Origin: an uncultured Planctomycetaceae bacterium
Lineage (GTDB): Bacteria; Planctomycetota; Planctomycetia; Planctomycetales; Planctomycetaceae
Assembly (NCBI GenBank): GCA_963813715.1
Contig: CAWFAK010000009.1
Span: forward strand, 448,001-512,000
DNA length: 64,000 nt
Direction of reading: 5' to 3'
The translations under genes and the position numbers were made by a program. This document shows, piece after piece, positions 55,072 through 64,000 of this stretch (position 1 is the stretch's first letter; every line of letters starts with the position of its first letter). The notes below the pieces were generated by a model, which was given only the letters and a program-made list of their open reading frames with translations, was not told the origin of the DNA and did not search any database.

Positions 55072-56178
55072 ATGCGCTTTGTCGCGCGCTTTCTGCTGGT
55101 TGTTTTGCCGGTCTTGTGCGCTGCGTTGCCGGTCGCCGCGGAGGATGGACCCAGCGTGGGCGACCACCTGCTCGTGACGACGGCCGACGCGCCACTGCGT
55201 TCGTGCAACGACACGACCGGGCATGTCCCTGCGGGCGCCGACTTGGCGATCAAGCACATCAACGGGGACTGGTTCTGGGTCGCCTACATGCACGGCACCG
55301 AGACCGAACGGGGCTGGATCCATCGCGCCGACGTCGTCGAGCGCTCGCGAGCTTTAGAACAGCTGAACGACCGACTGCAGACCAACCCGACGGCCGCGAC
55401 GTACGCAGTTCGCGGAAAGCTCAGGTGCGACCACGGCAGACTCGAGATCGCCCTTGCCGACTGCAATCAGGCGCTGTGTCTCGATCGGTCGACGCGCCTC
55501 GCCTATGACACGCGGGCGTCGGTCTGGATGAAACAAGGAGACTTCGACCGCGCCCTCGCCGATTGGAACGAGGCCCTGCGGCTTGATCCCCAGGACGTCC
55601 ACGCGCTCGACGGCCGTGGGGCCGCCTGGGCGGCGAAGGCAGAAGTGGATTTCGAGGCCGCCGCCAAAATCAGGAAGCCATCCGCCGTCGTAACGGCCAG
55701 CGCTTCGGATGTTTCGGCACATAGCGTTTCGTCGGGCAATCCACTTTCGCCGCCCGTCCTTCTCGAGATGTCTCACCCGGCGGGGAATTTGACGCTCAAC
55801 AACGTGGCCTTCTGTGTAACGATCACCAATTACGGGAACTGGGACCGCTTCAAGAAAGATGTCTTTGCGCCCGACCAGCTTATTCTTCTCTACACCGAGG
55901 TCGAAAATTTTTCGAGCGAACTCCGGACCGATCAGATTTGGCACGCGGCCATGAAATCGACGATTACCATCCGCGATGCTCGTGGAGAGCTGGTAAAAGA
56001 AATGGCGTTCCCGCGGAACGACGATATGTGCCACACGGTACGCCGCGACTACTACAACAGCTACGAATTCTCGATCCCCGAGGAATGCACGCCCGGGCCT
56101 CACATGCTGACGTTGAAGGTCGAAGACCTGCTCAGCGGGAAGACGGCATCACAGAGCGTGGACTTTCTCGTGAAGTAG
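55072..56178 (+). CDS. Secreted SH3-like plus TPR protein with uncharacterised C-terminal domain
   Basis: Signal peptide, NGDWFWV..RGWI, about 3-4 TPR units (ALADWNEALRLDP) and a beta-rich C-terminal domain. Confidence 0.72.
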   Translation: MRFVARFLLVVLPVLCAALPVAAEDGPSVGDHLLVTTADAPLRSCNDTTGHVPAGADLAIKHINGDWFWVAYMHGTETERGWIHRADVVERSRALEQLNDRLQTNPTAATYAVRGKLRCDHGRLEIALADCNQALCLDRSTRLAYDTRASVWMKQGDFDRALADWNEALRLDPQDVHALDGRGAAWAAKAEVDFEAAAKIRKPSAVVTASASDVSAHSVSSGNPLSPPVLLEMSHPAGNLTLNNVAFCVTITNYGNWDRFKKDVFAPDQLILLYTEVENFSSELRTDQIWHAAMKSTITIRDARGELVKEMAFPRNDDMCHTVRRDYYNSYEFSIPEECTPGPHMLTLKVEDLLSGKTASQSVDFLVK

Positions 56179-56223
56179 CTCGCAGTCGAGCGGACGCGCC
56201 CACGTCACTCTCGCGCGACCGCC

Positions 56224-57270
56224 TTACGCCGTCAGCTTGGGGCTGTCTTTCAGCAACCCCAGCCGCACCAGGCTTTCGGCCGTCGAGACGATCGATTCTT
56301 CGTTCGAGCGCGGGTTCCAGCCGAGGCGGCGTTTGGCCTTTTCGTTGGTGGCGTTCTTGCGCTTGCCCAGCTCGGGGAGGATCTGCTTCACCGCCGGGTC
56401 GCGGAGCGAGGCGATCCGCACCAGCCAATTGGGAAGCTGACGCGTGGGCACCCGCTTGGCCGCGCCGTTCATCCGAGCTTTGAGCACCTTGGCGATGCCC
56501 TGCATCGACATGAAGTCGCCGGCGACTGCCAGGAAACGCTCGCCCTTGGCCGCCGGGTTGGTCATCGCGCGGAGATGCAGGTCGGCCACGTCGCGGACGT
56601 CGACGACGCCGAAATAGAGCTTCGGGCAGCCGGGGAGCGCGCCGTCCATCAACCGCTGCACGATCAAGATTGACGTCGAATAGTCGGGACCCAGAACCGG
56701 GCCGAACACGCCGACCGGATTGACCACGGCCAGCTCGAGCCCGCCGCCTTCCTTGGCGATGAAGTCCCAGGCGGCCCGCTCGGCCAGCGTCTTCGATTTC
56801 ACATACGGTCGCACGTCGTCGCCGCTCGGGTCGGTCCAGTTCGTTTCGTCAAAGGGTTTCTGCTGCTGCGGCTGACCATAGCCGATGGCCGCGAACGACG
56901 ACGTGAGCACGACACGTTTGACCTTCGCCTCGCGCGAAGCCCGCAGCACGCGCAGCGCCCCCTCCCGCGCGGGGACGATCAACTCGTTTTCGTCCTTGGG
57001 GACGCCGGGCGGAAAAGGGGACGCGACGTGCAGCACGTACTCGCACCCGGCGACGGCCTCGGGCCAACCGGCGTCCTTCTCCAGGTCAGCCGCGAAGAAC
57101 GTGAGCCGACTCCCCGCGTCAGTCCCGCCCGCCTTGAGCAGCGCCCGCACCTCGGGCTCGCGCTTGAGATTGCGAACGGTCGTCCGCACCTCGTGGCCGG
57201 CCGCCAACAACTGCAAGAGGCAATGACTGCCGATAAACCCCGAACCGCCAGTCACCAGAACTTTGCTCAT
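56224..57270 (-). CDS. NAD-dependent epimerase/dehydratase family aldehyde reductase (extended SDR)
   Basis: TGGSGFIG, HVASP, TSS, YVKSK and VDVRDVA motifs. Confidence 0.93.
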   Translation of the reverse strand: MSKVLVTGGSGFIGSHCLLQLLAAGHEVRTTVRNLKREPEVRALLKAGGTDAGSRLTFFAADLEKDAGWPEAVAGCEYVLHVASPFPPGVPKDENELIVPAREGALRVLRASREAKVKRVVLTSSFAAIGYGQPQQQKPFDETNWTDPSGDDVRPYVKSKTLAERAAWDFIAKEGGGLELAVVNPVGVFGPVLGPDYSTSILIVQRLMDGALPGCPKLYFGVVDVRDVADLHLRAMTNPAAKGERFLAVAGDFMSMQGIAKVLKARMNGAAKRVPTRQLPNWLVRIASLRDPAVKQILPELGKRKNATNEKAKRRLGWNPRSNEESIVSTAESLVRLGLLKDSPKLTA

Positions 57271-57371
57271 GGCTGCCGCTCCAATGGTTCACTGCCGGCT
57301 TGCCATTGATGCCGACTTGCCCGTGATTCCATGGGCCAGCAAGTCGGCCGTCAAGCGTGCGGTCCGGTGCC

Positions 57372-57487
57372 CGCACGTAGGGCACGCTGCCATGCCAGCT
57401 CGCCCGGTGTCCCTTGTTTCAGATGGCTTTGGACTCGGGGACTGAAGATCGGCGGACAAGCTGGCATGGCAGCTTGCCCTACGTGCG
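57372..57487. repeat. REP-like inverted repeat pair (35-bp arms)
   Basis: CGCACGTAGGGCACGCTGCCATGCCAGCTCGCCCG is complementary to CGGACAAGCTGGCATGGCAGCTTGCCCTACGTGCG with 3 mismatches. Confidence 0.8.
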
Positions 57488-57506
57488 AACCCCCGGCGAT
57501 GGCCGA

Positions 57507-58301
57507 TTAGTGCCGGACCCAGTTCGGGTCCCAGCCGACGACGGCTGCGTCGGGGGCGAGGACGAAGATTTCGACGCGGCGGTTCTTGCGGCGGGTCGTT
57601 TCAGTCGTGTTCTGGGCGACCGGCTGGTACATGCTGTAGCCGGCGGCGCCGAGCCGCGTCTCCTGCATGCCGTGGTGCGACAGCTCGAGCACGACCGAGT
57701 CGGCCCGGTCGGTCGACAGGTTCCAGTTGGTCGGGTGGTGCGTGCGGGTGACTTCGTGGCCGATCGGCCGGTCGTCGGTGTGGCCGACCACCAGGATGTT
57801 GAGCCGTTGGGCGTCGCCGTCGTTCATGATCTTGGCGAACTCGTTCAAAAGTCGCTTGCCGTCGTCGCGAATGTCGGAGCTGCCGGAGGCGAAGAGCACG
57901 TCGTTGGAGAACTTGCTGACGCCGGTGTGCGGATCGAACTCGAACTGCGGATATTTTTCCTGCAGCTTCTTGAAGCGTTCGGTCGCCTCGGGCGAGAGCG
58001 GGCTCGGCTGGCCGCGCTGCTTGTCCAAGAGCGCGATGTACCGCTGCTGCAGCTGCGAGCGTTCGGCCGTCAGGTTGTCGAGGCGTTGATTGGCCGCCAC
58101 CAGCGCCCGTTCCGCCTGCTGCTGGGCCATAGACGACTGCCAATTGGAGTAGGACAGCGCCTGATTCTGCTGACAGAGCGCGGCCGACTGGCAATGGCAC
58201 GCGCGCATTTGGTCGTACATGCAGCAGCAACATCCCGGCAACAGCCCCAGCGCGAGCACCGCGAGCGAGCTGAATTTGACGATCCGTGCCCAAACAGGCA
58301 T
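57507..58301 (-). CDS. OmpA/MotB family peptidoglycan-binding lipoprotein
   Basis: Lipobox LPGC, coiled coil, VLFASGS, GHTDDRPI, NWNLSTDRA and NRRVEI motifs. Confidence 0.9.
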   Translation of the reverse strand: MPVWARIVKFSSLAVLALGLLPGCCCCMYDQMRACHCQSAALCQQNQALSYSNWQSSMAQQQAERALVAANQRLDNLTAERSQLQQRYIALLDKQRGQPSPLSPEATERFKKLQEKYPQFEFDPHTGVSKFSNDVLFASGSSDIRDDGKRLLNEFAKIMNDGDAQRLNILVVGHTDDRPIGHEVTRTHHPTNWNLSTDRADSVVLELSHHGMQETRLGAAGYSMYQPVAQNTTETTRRKNRRVEIFVLAPDAAVVGWDPNWVRH

Positions 58302-58808
58302 GGCAGGACTCCTCACACGCAAACGCGATCCGGGAAGACGGCTGCGAGAATTTTTGAACCGAAGTGGGGCGAAATCGGGCGGACGGGATGAGCTGTCGAG
58401 ATGTGTCGTGCTGCGGACAGGTTTCTTCAGGCGGGAATCAAGATGCGGGCGCATTGCTCCGCGCAGGCGGCAACGAAACGCAAGTCAAACGGCAACGCGC
58501 GACGCGTCACCACTTGGGCTATGACGTTCAGGAAGCAATGAGTTTTTGGGACGGTGGATTCGGGAAGGAGACGAGAGCGGAGATGAAAGCAAGACGGAAG
58601 CAAAATCGAGGATTTCCGGCCAGAAACGACCGGGAAGGGTTCAAGTCGCGATTGGGAATCGCCGAGAGGGGTGATAAGTCGTGGGCTTATAGCTCAGGAG
58701 CCAGTTCGTGCCAAGAGGGAGTTGGCGCTCCCCGTGAATGCGGGCAGTTTATGCCTGTCCCGTTACGCGAAATACGTCGTTCCTGGACCGCGCACGCCGG
58801 CCGCGCGT

Positions 58809-58856
58809 AAAAAACCCGGCGAGCCACCACAGTAGCGCGCCGGTCTTTGTTTTTTT
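58809..58856 (-). terminator. Possible terminator downstream of the HTH gene
   Basis: A-run, imperfect stem CCGGCGAGC/GCGCGCCGG, T-run. Confidence 0.4.
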
Positions 58857-58893
58857 GGGGATCTTTACGGCCGGGACGGATGCCTCGGCTGGC

Positions 58894-60687
58894 TTAGAAC
58901 ATGCCTTTGACCCATTCCAGCAGGCTGCCGCCGACGACCACGTTCTGGTCCCAGTACCACATCGTCCGCACCAGGTCGAACATCACCACCCCGGCCAGGA
59001 GCAAAAAGACCGACGACACCGCCAGGCCGGCGAAGGTCAGGCCGTCCCACGGCGCTTCAACCGGCGCGGCCGAGCGGAGCGTGATGGCCGGGGCGATTTC
59101 CGAGTGGCTTTCGCCTGACTGGGCGCTGCTGTCGAAGTCTTCTTCGGCCGGCTCGAAGACGTCGATCTCGTCGAGGTCTCCCTCTTCGGTCAACACGTCC
59201 TCTGCCACTTCCAGGTCGGCGTCGTCGCTGAAGTCTTCGGCCTCGGCGAATTCGACACCCGATTCCTGCAGGGCGAAACTGTCGTCGGCGCGGCCCTTCT
59301 TGCCGCGGGCGGAAGCGGCCGGGCGGGCCGGGGCGGCGTCTTCTTCGTCGTCCTCGGCGAAGAGCACGACGTTGGTCTTATCGGTCTTGCCACCCTCGAG
59401 AGAGTAGCCGCCTTCTTCGTCCTCGAGCGTGGGGACTTCGACCTGGGTCGAGTCTTCCTCATCGTCGCCGAGTTCCATCAGCGGGGCCGTGCGGTCGCCT
59501 TCCTTCTTCTTGTCCTTTTTCTTGCCTTTGTCTTTCTTTGTGCCGGAGTCGGCCAGGCGGATGCCGCTCTCGCTGTCGAGGGCGATGCCGCTGTCTTCTT
59601 TCTCGAGCGCAATGCCGCTGTCGGCGTCGAGGGCAATGCCGCTATCCATCGGGCCGGCGAGGCCGATGCCGCTGTCGACCTTTTCCAGGCTGATGCCGCT
59701 GTCGGCCAGGCTTTGCAGGGTGATGCCGCTATCGGCCGAGCTGCCAGCGCCGACTTTCATGGCACTGCCCGTGTCGAGGGCGATGCCGCTGTCACCCAGG
59801 AGGACGGAGCTTTCATCGGCACTCGAATCGTCGCTGGCCGAGTCGGTGAGCACGATCGACGACTTGCCCGTGCTGGCGCTGCCGCCCGTCATGTCGAGGC
59901 TGCTGCCGGCGCCGGTGGCGAGGCGAATGTCGCTCTCGCTGCCGATCGTCGCCAGGTCGTCGGTCCCGACCAGGCGGACGTCGCTGTCGCTGCGCGGTCC
60001 GTTCGATTTCTTTTCGGGCTTGGCCAGGCGGACGTCGCTATCGCTATCGGCGGCGATCAGTTGCACGTCGCTATCGCTGGCGTCCGTTGATGACGTGTCG
60101 GATGATCCGCCGGACGAGCCCCCCTTGGGACGCTTGGCGCTCGCACCGCCGCCGATGAGCTGCACGTCGCTGTCGCTGGCGTCGCTCGAGGAGCCGCCGC
60201 CTTTGGGCGAGAGATCCATTTCGGTCGAGGAGGTGCTAATCAGCTTGACGTCGCTATCGCTGCCGGAGTCGACCAGGCCGCCGACGTCTTCGACAAGACG
60301 CACGTCGCTGTCGCTGGTGCCCAACTGCGAGAGGACGACTTCGGGATCGCTGTCTTTGCCGCCGGGGACGAGCGTGTCGTCGAGCAGCAAGCGGACGTCG
60401 CTGTCGGACGCCTTGTTGAAGCGGCCGGAGCCGCCCCCTTTGCGAATGCCGCTGTCGCCAGCCGCGGGGGACTTGGCCTTGGGCTTGTCGTCGAGGATGG
60501 GGACTTCGGGAGAGGAGTCGGCGTCGCGGCTGCGCGCGAATTCTTCGACGTCTTCCGATTTGAATTTCCAGGTGCCCCGGTCGGCGAAGCCGCGGATTTC
60601 ACTGCGTTCGCGGTAGCGCACCAATTCCTCGGGCGCCATCCCCAACATCTGGGCGGCTTCTTCGAGAGTGAGATATTTCTTCGCCAT
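58894..60687 (-). CDS. Excisionase/MerR-like HTH protein with long acidic repeat linker and C-terminal TM helix
   Basis: N-terminal YLTLEEAAQMLG...GTWKFKSEDVE; SDSDV(R/K/Q)L and DSGIxL repeats; TM LAVSSVFLLLAGVVMF. Confidence 0.82.
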   Translation of the reverse strand: MAKKYLTLEEAAQMLGMAPEELVRYRERSEIRGFADRGTWKFKSEDVEEFARSRDADSSPEVPILDDKPKAKSPAAGDSGIRKGGGSGRFNKASDSDVRLLLDDTLVPGGKDSDPEVVLSQLGTSDSDVRLVEDVGGLVDSGSDSDVKLISTSSTEMDLSPKGGGSSSDASDSDVQLIGGGASAKRPKGGSSGGSSDTSSTDASDSDVQLIAADSDSDVRLAKPEKKSNGPRSDSDVRLVGTDDLATIGSESDIRLATGAGSSLDMTGGSASTGKSSIVLTDSASDDSSADESSVLLGDSGIALDTGSAMKVGAGSSADSGITLQSLADSGISLEKVDSGIGLAGPMDSGIALDADSGIALEKEDSGIALDSESGIRLADSGTKKDKGKKKDKKKEGDRTAPLMELGDDEEDSTQVEVPTLEDEEGGYSLEGGKTDKTNVVLFAEDDEEDAAPARPAASARGKKGRADDSFALQESGVEFAEAEDFSDDADLEVAEDVLTEEGDLDEIDVFEPAEEDFDSSAQSGESHSEIAPAITLRSAAPVEAPWDGLTFAGLAVSSVFLLLAGVVMFDLVRTMWYWDQNVVVGGSLLEWVKGMF

Positions 60688-60795
60688 CGTTGCTCCCGGT
60701 GGACGAAATGAGCGACGTCCCTGCGATGTGAGAGCCAGCCGGCACGACTCACCGCACCGACGGAATCGTTACGTCCCGAAAATGCGCAGCACAAC

Positions 60796-60825
60796 TTGTT
60801 GCGAGACAGGTTGTTGCGAGACAGG
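60796..60825. repeat. Perfect 15-bp tandem direct repeat
   Basis: TTGTTGCGAGACAGG occurs twice in tandem in the divergent intergenic region. Confidence 0.85.
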
Positions 60826-61137
60826 CATGATGCGCCAGCGGCCCTGATTTTTCATTGTAAGTGCCAGCGGGGCCTTTGCAAGCAGCCGATTTTTGTTGCC
60901 TCGGAATTTCTCGGTCGGTCGAGCCGACTCGATTGAGCTTTCCGGTCCGAGGCGTTGTTCCCTCTTCGGTTTTGCCGACCCTTGCGGTCGGCAGGCCGTC
61001 GTTTTAGCCGAGCCGGCCGGTTCCGCAGACCGTCGATCGGCGGACAGACCAGGTTTCGACACCGGTCCAATTTTGACACAGGTCGGATTCCGACGGGTCC
61101 CGGCCGCCGGTTGTCAGCCGGTGCCCGGCCAATCACA

Positions 61138-61911
61138 ATGGGCCGCATGACCTTGCGATCCAGACTCGAATTGAGCCGCCGGCTGTTCGGCGAGCTTGAC
61201 TGCACGGTAGTCGCCCCGGCGGGCGGCCGGACGCCCCAATTCGCGGTTGTGCTGTGCCACGGTTTCGGGGCGCCCGGCACCGACCTGGTCGGCCTCGCCC
61301 AGGAATTGGCCGAACTGACGCCCGATTCCGCGGCCGAGACGGCCTATCTGTTCCCCGAGGGGCCGCTCGATATGGGGGGCTACGGCTTCCCCGGCCGCGC
61401 CTGGTGGATGGTCGACGTCGAGCGGTTTCAGCGGGCGGCCGGCAATCCCCGGGAGATGGCGGCCATCAGAGCCGAGGTCCCCGACGGCATGCCCGAGGCC
61501 TCGACTCTGTTGCGGGGCTGCCTGCTGGCGGCCGAACGCGAGCTGGGGGTGCCTATGTCCCGCACGCTGCTCGGCGGGTTTTCGCAGGGATCGATGGTGG
61601 CCACCGACGTGACGCTGCGGTTGCCGACGGCGCCGGCCGGCTTGTGCGTCTTTTCGGGTCACCTTCTGGCCGAAAACGAATGGGGGCCGCTGGCCAAGAA
61701 ACGGGGGCCGCTGCCCGTCCTGCAAACGCACGGTCGGTTGGATCCGATTCTGCCGTTTGACGGGGCCGAGGCACTGCGAGACATGTTGACGGAGGCCGGG
61801 CTCACGGTCGAATTCATCCCCTTCAACGGTCCGCACACCATCTCGATGGAAGGCATTCAGCGCTGTGCCGCCATGATTGGCCACCTGGCGGGCGCAGCCG
61901 GCGGGTGCTGA
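61138..61911 (+). CDS. Phospholipase/carboxylesterase (alpha/beta hydrolase)
   Basis: LCHGFGAPG, RAWW, GFSQG, HGRLDPIL and GPHTI motifs. Confidence 0.92.
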   Translation: MGRMTLRSRLELSRRLFGELDCTVVAPAGGRTPQFAVVLCHGFGAPGTDLVGLAQELAELTPDSAAETAYLFPEGPLDMGGYGFPGRAWWMVDVERFQRAAGNPREMAAIRAEVPDGMPEASTLLRGCLLAAERELGVPMSRTLLGGFSQGSMVATDVTLRLPTAPAGLCVFSGHLLAENEWGPLAKKRGPLPVLQTHGRLDPILPFDGAEALRDMLTEAGLTVEFIPFNGPHTISMEGIQRCAAMIGHLAGAAGGC

Positions 61912-61926
61912 GTTTGAGGGCGACGC

Positions 61927-62027
61927 CGTAGGACGACCTGCCAGCTTGCCCACCGATCGGCAGTCGCCCAATCGAAATGGCGGTTGAAAAGTGACAGACG
62001 GGGCAAGCTGGCAGCTTGCCCACGTGC
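61927..62027. repeat. REP-like inverted repeat pair, same family as 57372-57487
   Basis: CGTAGGACGACCTGCCAGCTTGCCC ... GGGCAAGCTGGCAGCTTGCCCACGTGC. Confidence 0.7.
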
Positions 62028-62180
62028 GGCCCGCTTCACACGAGCTTCATCGCGCGGACAAATCGACCACGGCAAATCAGTCCGGAAAACCGGGCCAATC
62101 GCTTCGCAGTTCGGTCGATTCCGGCGTATCATGGATGTTTCGCTTCCGCTCTCCGTGCGCTTTGGAAGTCCCCTTTTTCC

Positions 62181-64000
62181 GTGAGACACGCCATTTCTGC
62201 CCCCCTGCGACGTGCCGCCGCGGCGCTGCCGGCGATCATTTTGTTTTGCTGCCTGGCCGTCGGACAAAGCTGGGGCGGCGACCCGGCGCGCGGCAGCGTC
62301 GGGCTCGGCCGAGGCGACGACCGACGTTCGCGTCGGCGTGGGCGGCGGCTTCAAAGTCGGCCGCTGGGCCCCCCTGGACGTGACGCTCGGCGGCGCGGCG
62401 CCTGCCAACGCCCGCCTGGAAGTCGACGCGCCCGATCCCGACGGCGCCCTGGTGACTTACCACAGTGAGCCCAAGGATCCCGCCGCAGCCGCCAATTCGG
62501 CCGGCCACGCTGGCACTCCGGCCGCCGGCCCCCTGAGTCTGCTCTTCAAGATGGGGCGGCTCGACGGCACGCTCCGCGTCCGCGTGCTCGATGGCGAACG
62601 GCTCGTCACCAACAAGACCGTCCGCGTGTCGGGCGACCCGGATGCCGACGTGCACACGCCCTCTCGCCTCTCGGTGCTGCTGGTGGCCAACGTGCAGGCC
62701 GCTCGCGACGGGGCGTCGTCGACCCGGTCCGACATCACGCGGTTCGGCCAGTTTCTCACGGCCGGAAGCAGCAACTGCGCCGAGCGCCACGTCGGCCGCG
62801 CGGGCCGAAGTCGTCGACATCGATTCCTTTCGCTCGCTGCCCACGCGGCCAGACGCCTACGACGCGTTTGACGCCGTGTTGATTACGGAACGCTTCGACC
62901 TCGACGCGGCCCGCAGCCAGGCGCTCGCCGACTGGGTCCGTTCCGGCGGGCATCTGCTGCTCGCGATCGGCCGCGACGCCAGCAACTTTGCCAAAACGTC
63001 CCCCGCGCTCGCCTCTTGGCTGCCGGTGAAGATCGAGGGGGCGACCAAGCTTCGCGACTTGAGCCCCATCGAAAGTTTCTGCCGGCAGAGCTCGCGGATC
63101 ATGGGAGCCACCGATGAGCCGCTCGACGCGGCCAAGTTGAATGCGCCGGGCGGCAAGGAGTTGATTCCCTCGCTGGCCGGTCCGCTCGTTGTGTCGCGCG
63201 GCGTACGGACTGGGCCGCGTCACGGTCTTCGGACTCGATCTGAGTTCGCCGCCGCTGGCCAACTGGAGCGCGTGCGCCCGACCTGGTGCAGCGATTGTTC
63301 GACGTCGACCAGGACCACGCGCAGCACATGATCAGCGTCTCCAATCGGCTGACGCAGACAGGCATCACGGAGTTGGCCACGCAGCTCGACGGTTCGCTCG
63401 ACGACTTTCCCAATGTCTCGCGGTTCACGATCTGGCACGTGATGGGCTTGCTGGCGGCGCTGGTGCTCATCGTCGGCCCGCTCGACTATTTGCTCGTGCA
63501 CAAGCTGTTGCACCGGCCCGAGCTGACGTGGGTCACCCTGCCGCTGATCGCTCTCGTCGCGGCCGGCGTGGCGTTCTACTGGAGCTCCGAGTCCAAGGGC
63601 AAGCAGGTGCTGCTCAACCAGCTCGACGTCTTCGACGTCGACGCGACGAGCGGCTGGGGCCGGGCCCACTCGTACGGCTGCTCTATAGTCCCGAGAATCG
63701 CCGTTACGACGTCACGGCCCAGGCGGACGTTCCGCCCCGCGTGCAGGCCGCGAGCAAGAGCGTTCAGCCTCCGCGGCTCGGCTGGCACGGACGGCCCGAA
63801 GCGAATTTTGGCGGCATGTACCGCACGGCGGGCGTCGAGATCTCGCATCCGAGCTATGCCGCCAGTGCGGGCGATCGCCAGCTCGAGCAGGTGCCGATTC
63901 CCGTCTGGTCGACCAAGAGTCTCGAATCGGAATGGTCGCAGGACACGAATGGCCTGATCGACAGCCAGCTCGAGAGCCGCGGCCCCAGCCACCTGGGCGG
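62181..64000 (+). CDS. Membrane-associated hypothetical protein with glutamine amidotransferase-like domain (frameshifted; truncated by window end)
   Basis: Signal peptide, GGFKVGRWAP, ALADWVRSGGHL and TM pair IVGPLDYLLV...LTWVTLP across ORFs 62212, 62591 and 63286. Confidence 0.65.

Noticed and set aside
60841..60866. Sigma54-like site (minus strand TGGCACTTACAATGA)
   Set aside because: The -12 element is GA rather than GC. Similar near-matches around 31440, 41575 and 58710 have wrong spacing or a wrong -12 element.

Overview
This is a GC-rich bacterial chromosome segment, almost certainly from a Planctomycete (inferred from gene content: BBP7-like beta-barrel, PQQ-propeller lipoprotein, kinase-FGE-DUF1080 fusion, DUF3299 pair, mtEFG2-like fusA). 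Positions 1-18.5 kb hold the core cluster tRNA-Trp-secE-nusG-rplKAJL-rpoBC and rpsL-rpsG-fusA, with no tuf after fusA. Two unusual inserts sit in this cluster: a stand-alone second NusG KOW domain, and a zinc-ribbon protein with two L7/L12-CTD-like domains and a membrane anchor. Positions 18.8-33 kb carry an FHA-Ser/Thr kinase, a beta-barrel, UxaA, a gamma-glutamylation pair, an M24 peptidase, a DUF3299/radical SAM cluster and a thermonuclease-like gene. Positions 33-48 kb form a signalling/stress island: a poly-HAMP hybrid kinase with nine 92-aa repeats, a partner hybrid kinase, an NtrC-type activator, and two clean sigma54 promoters ahead of a BON gene and a run of a PDZ gene plus two paralogous secreted Tyr/Gly-rich proteins. 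That run is my best candidate for an undescribed system. Positions 48-64 kb are miscellaneous envelope and regulatory genes plus REP-like inverted repeats. Many essential genes (rplL, rpoB, rpoC, fusA) contain single-base frameshifts, which points to sequencing or assembly indel errors, so split ORFs were merged by eye and single-residue oddities need confirmation. All family assignments come from motif recognition, not database searches.
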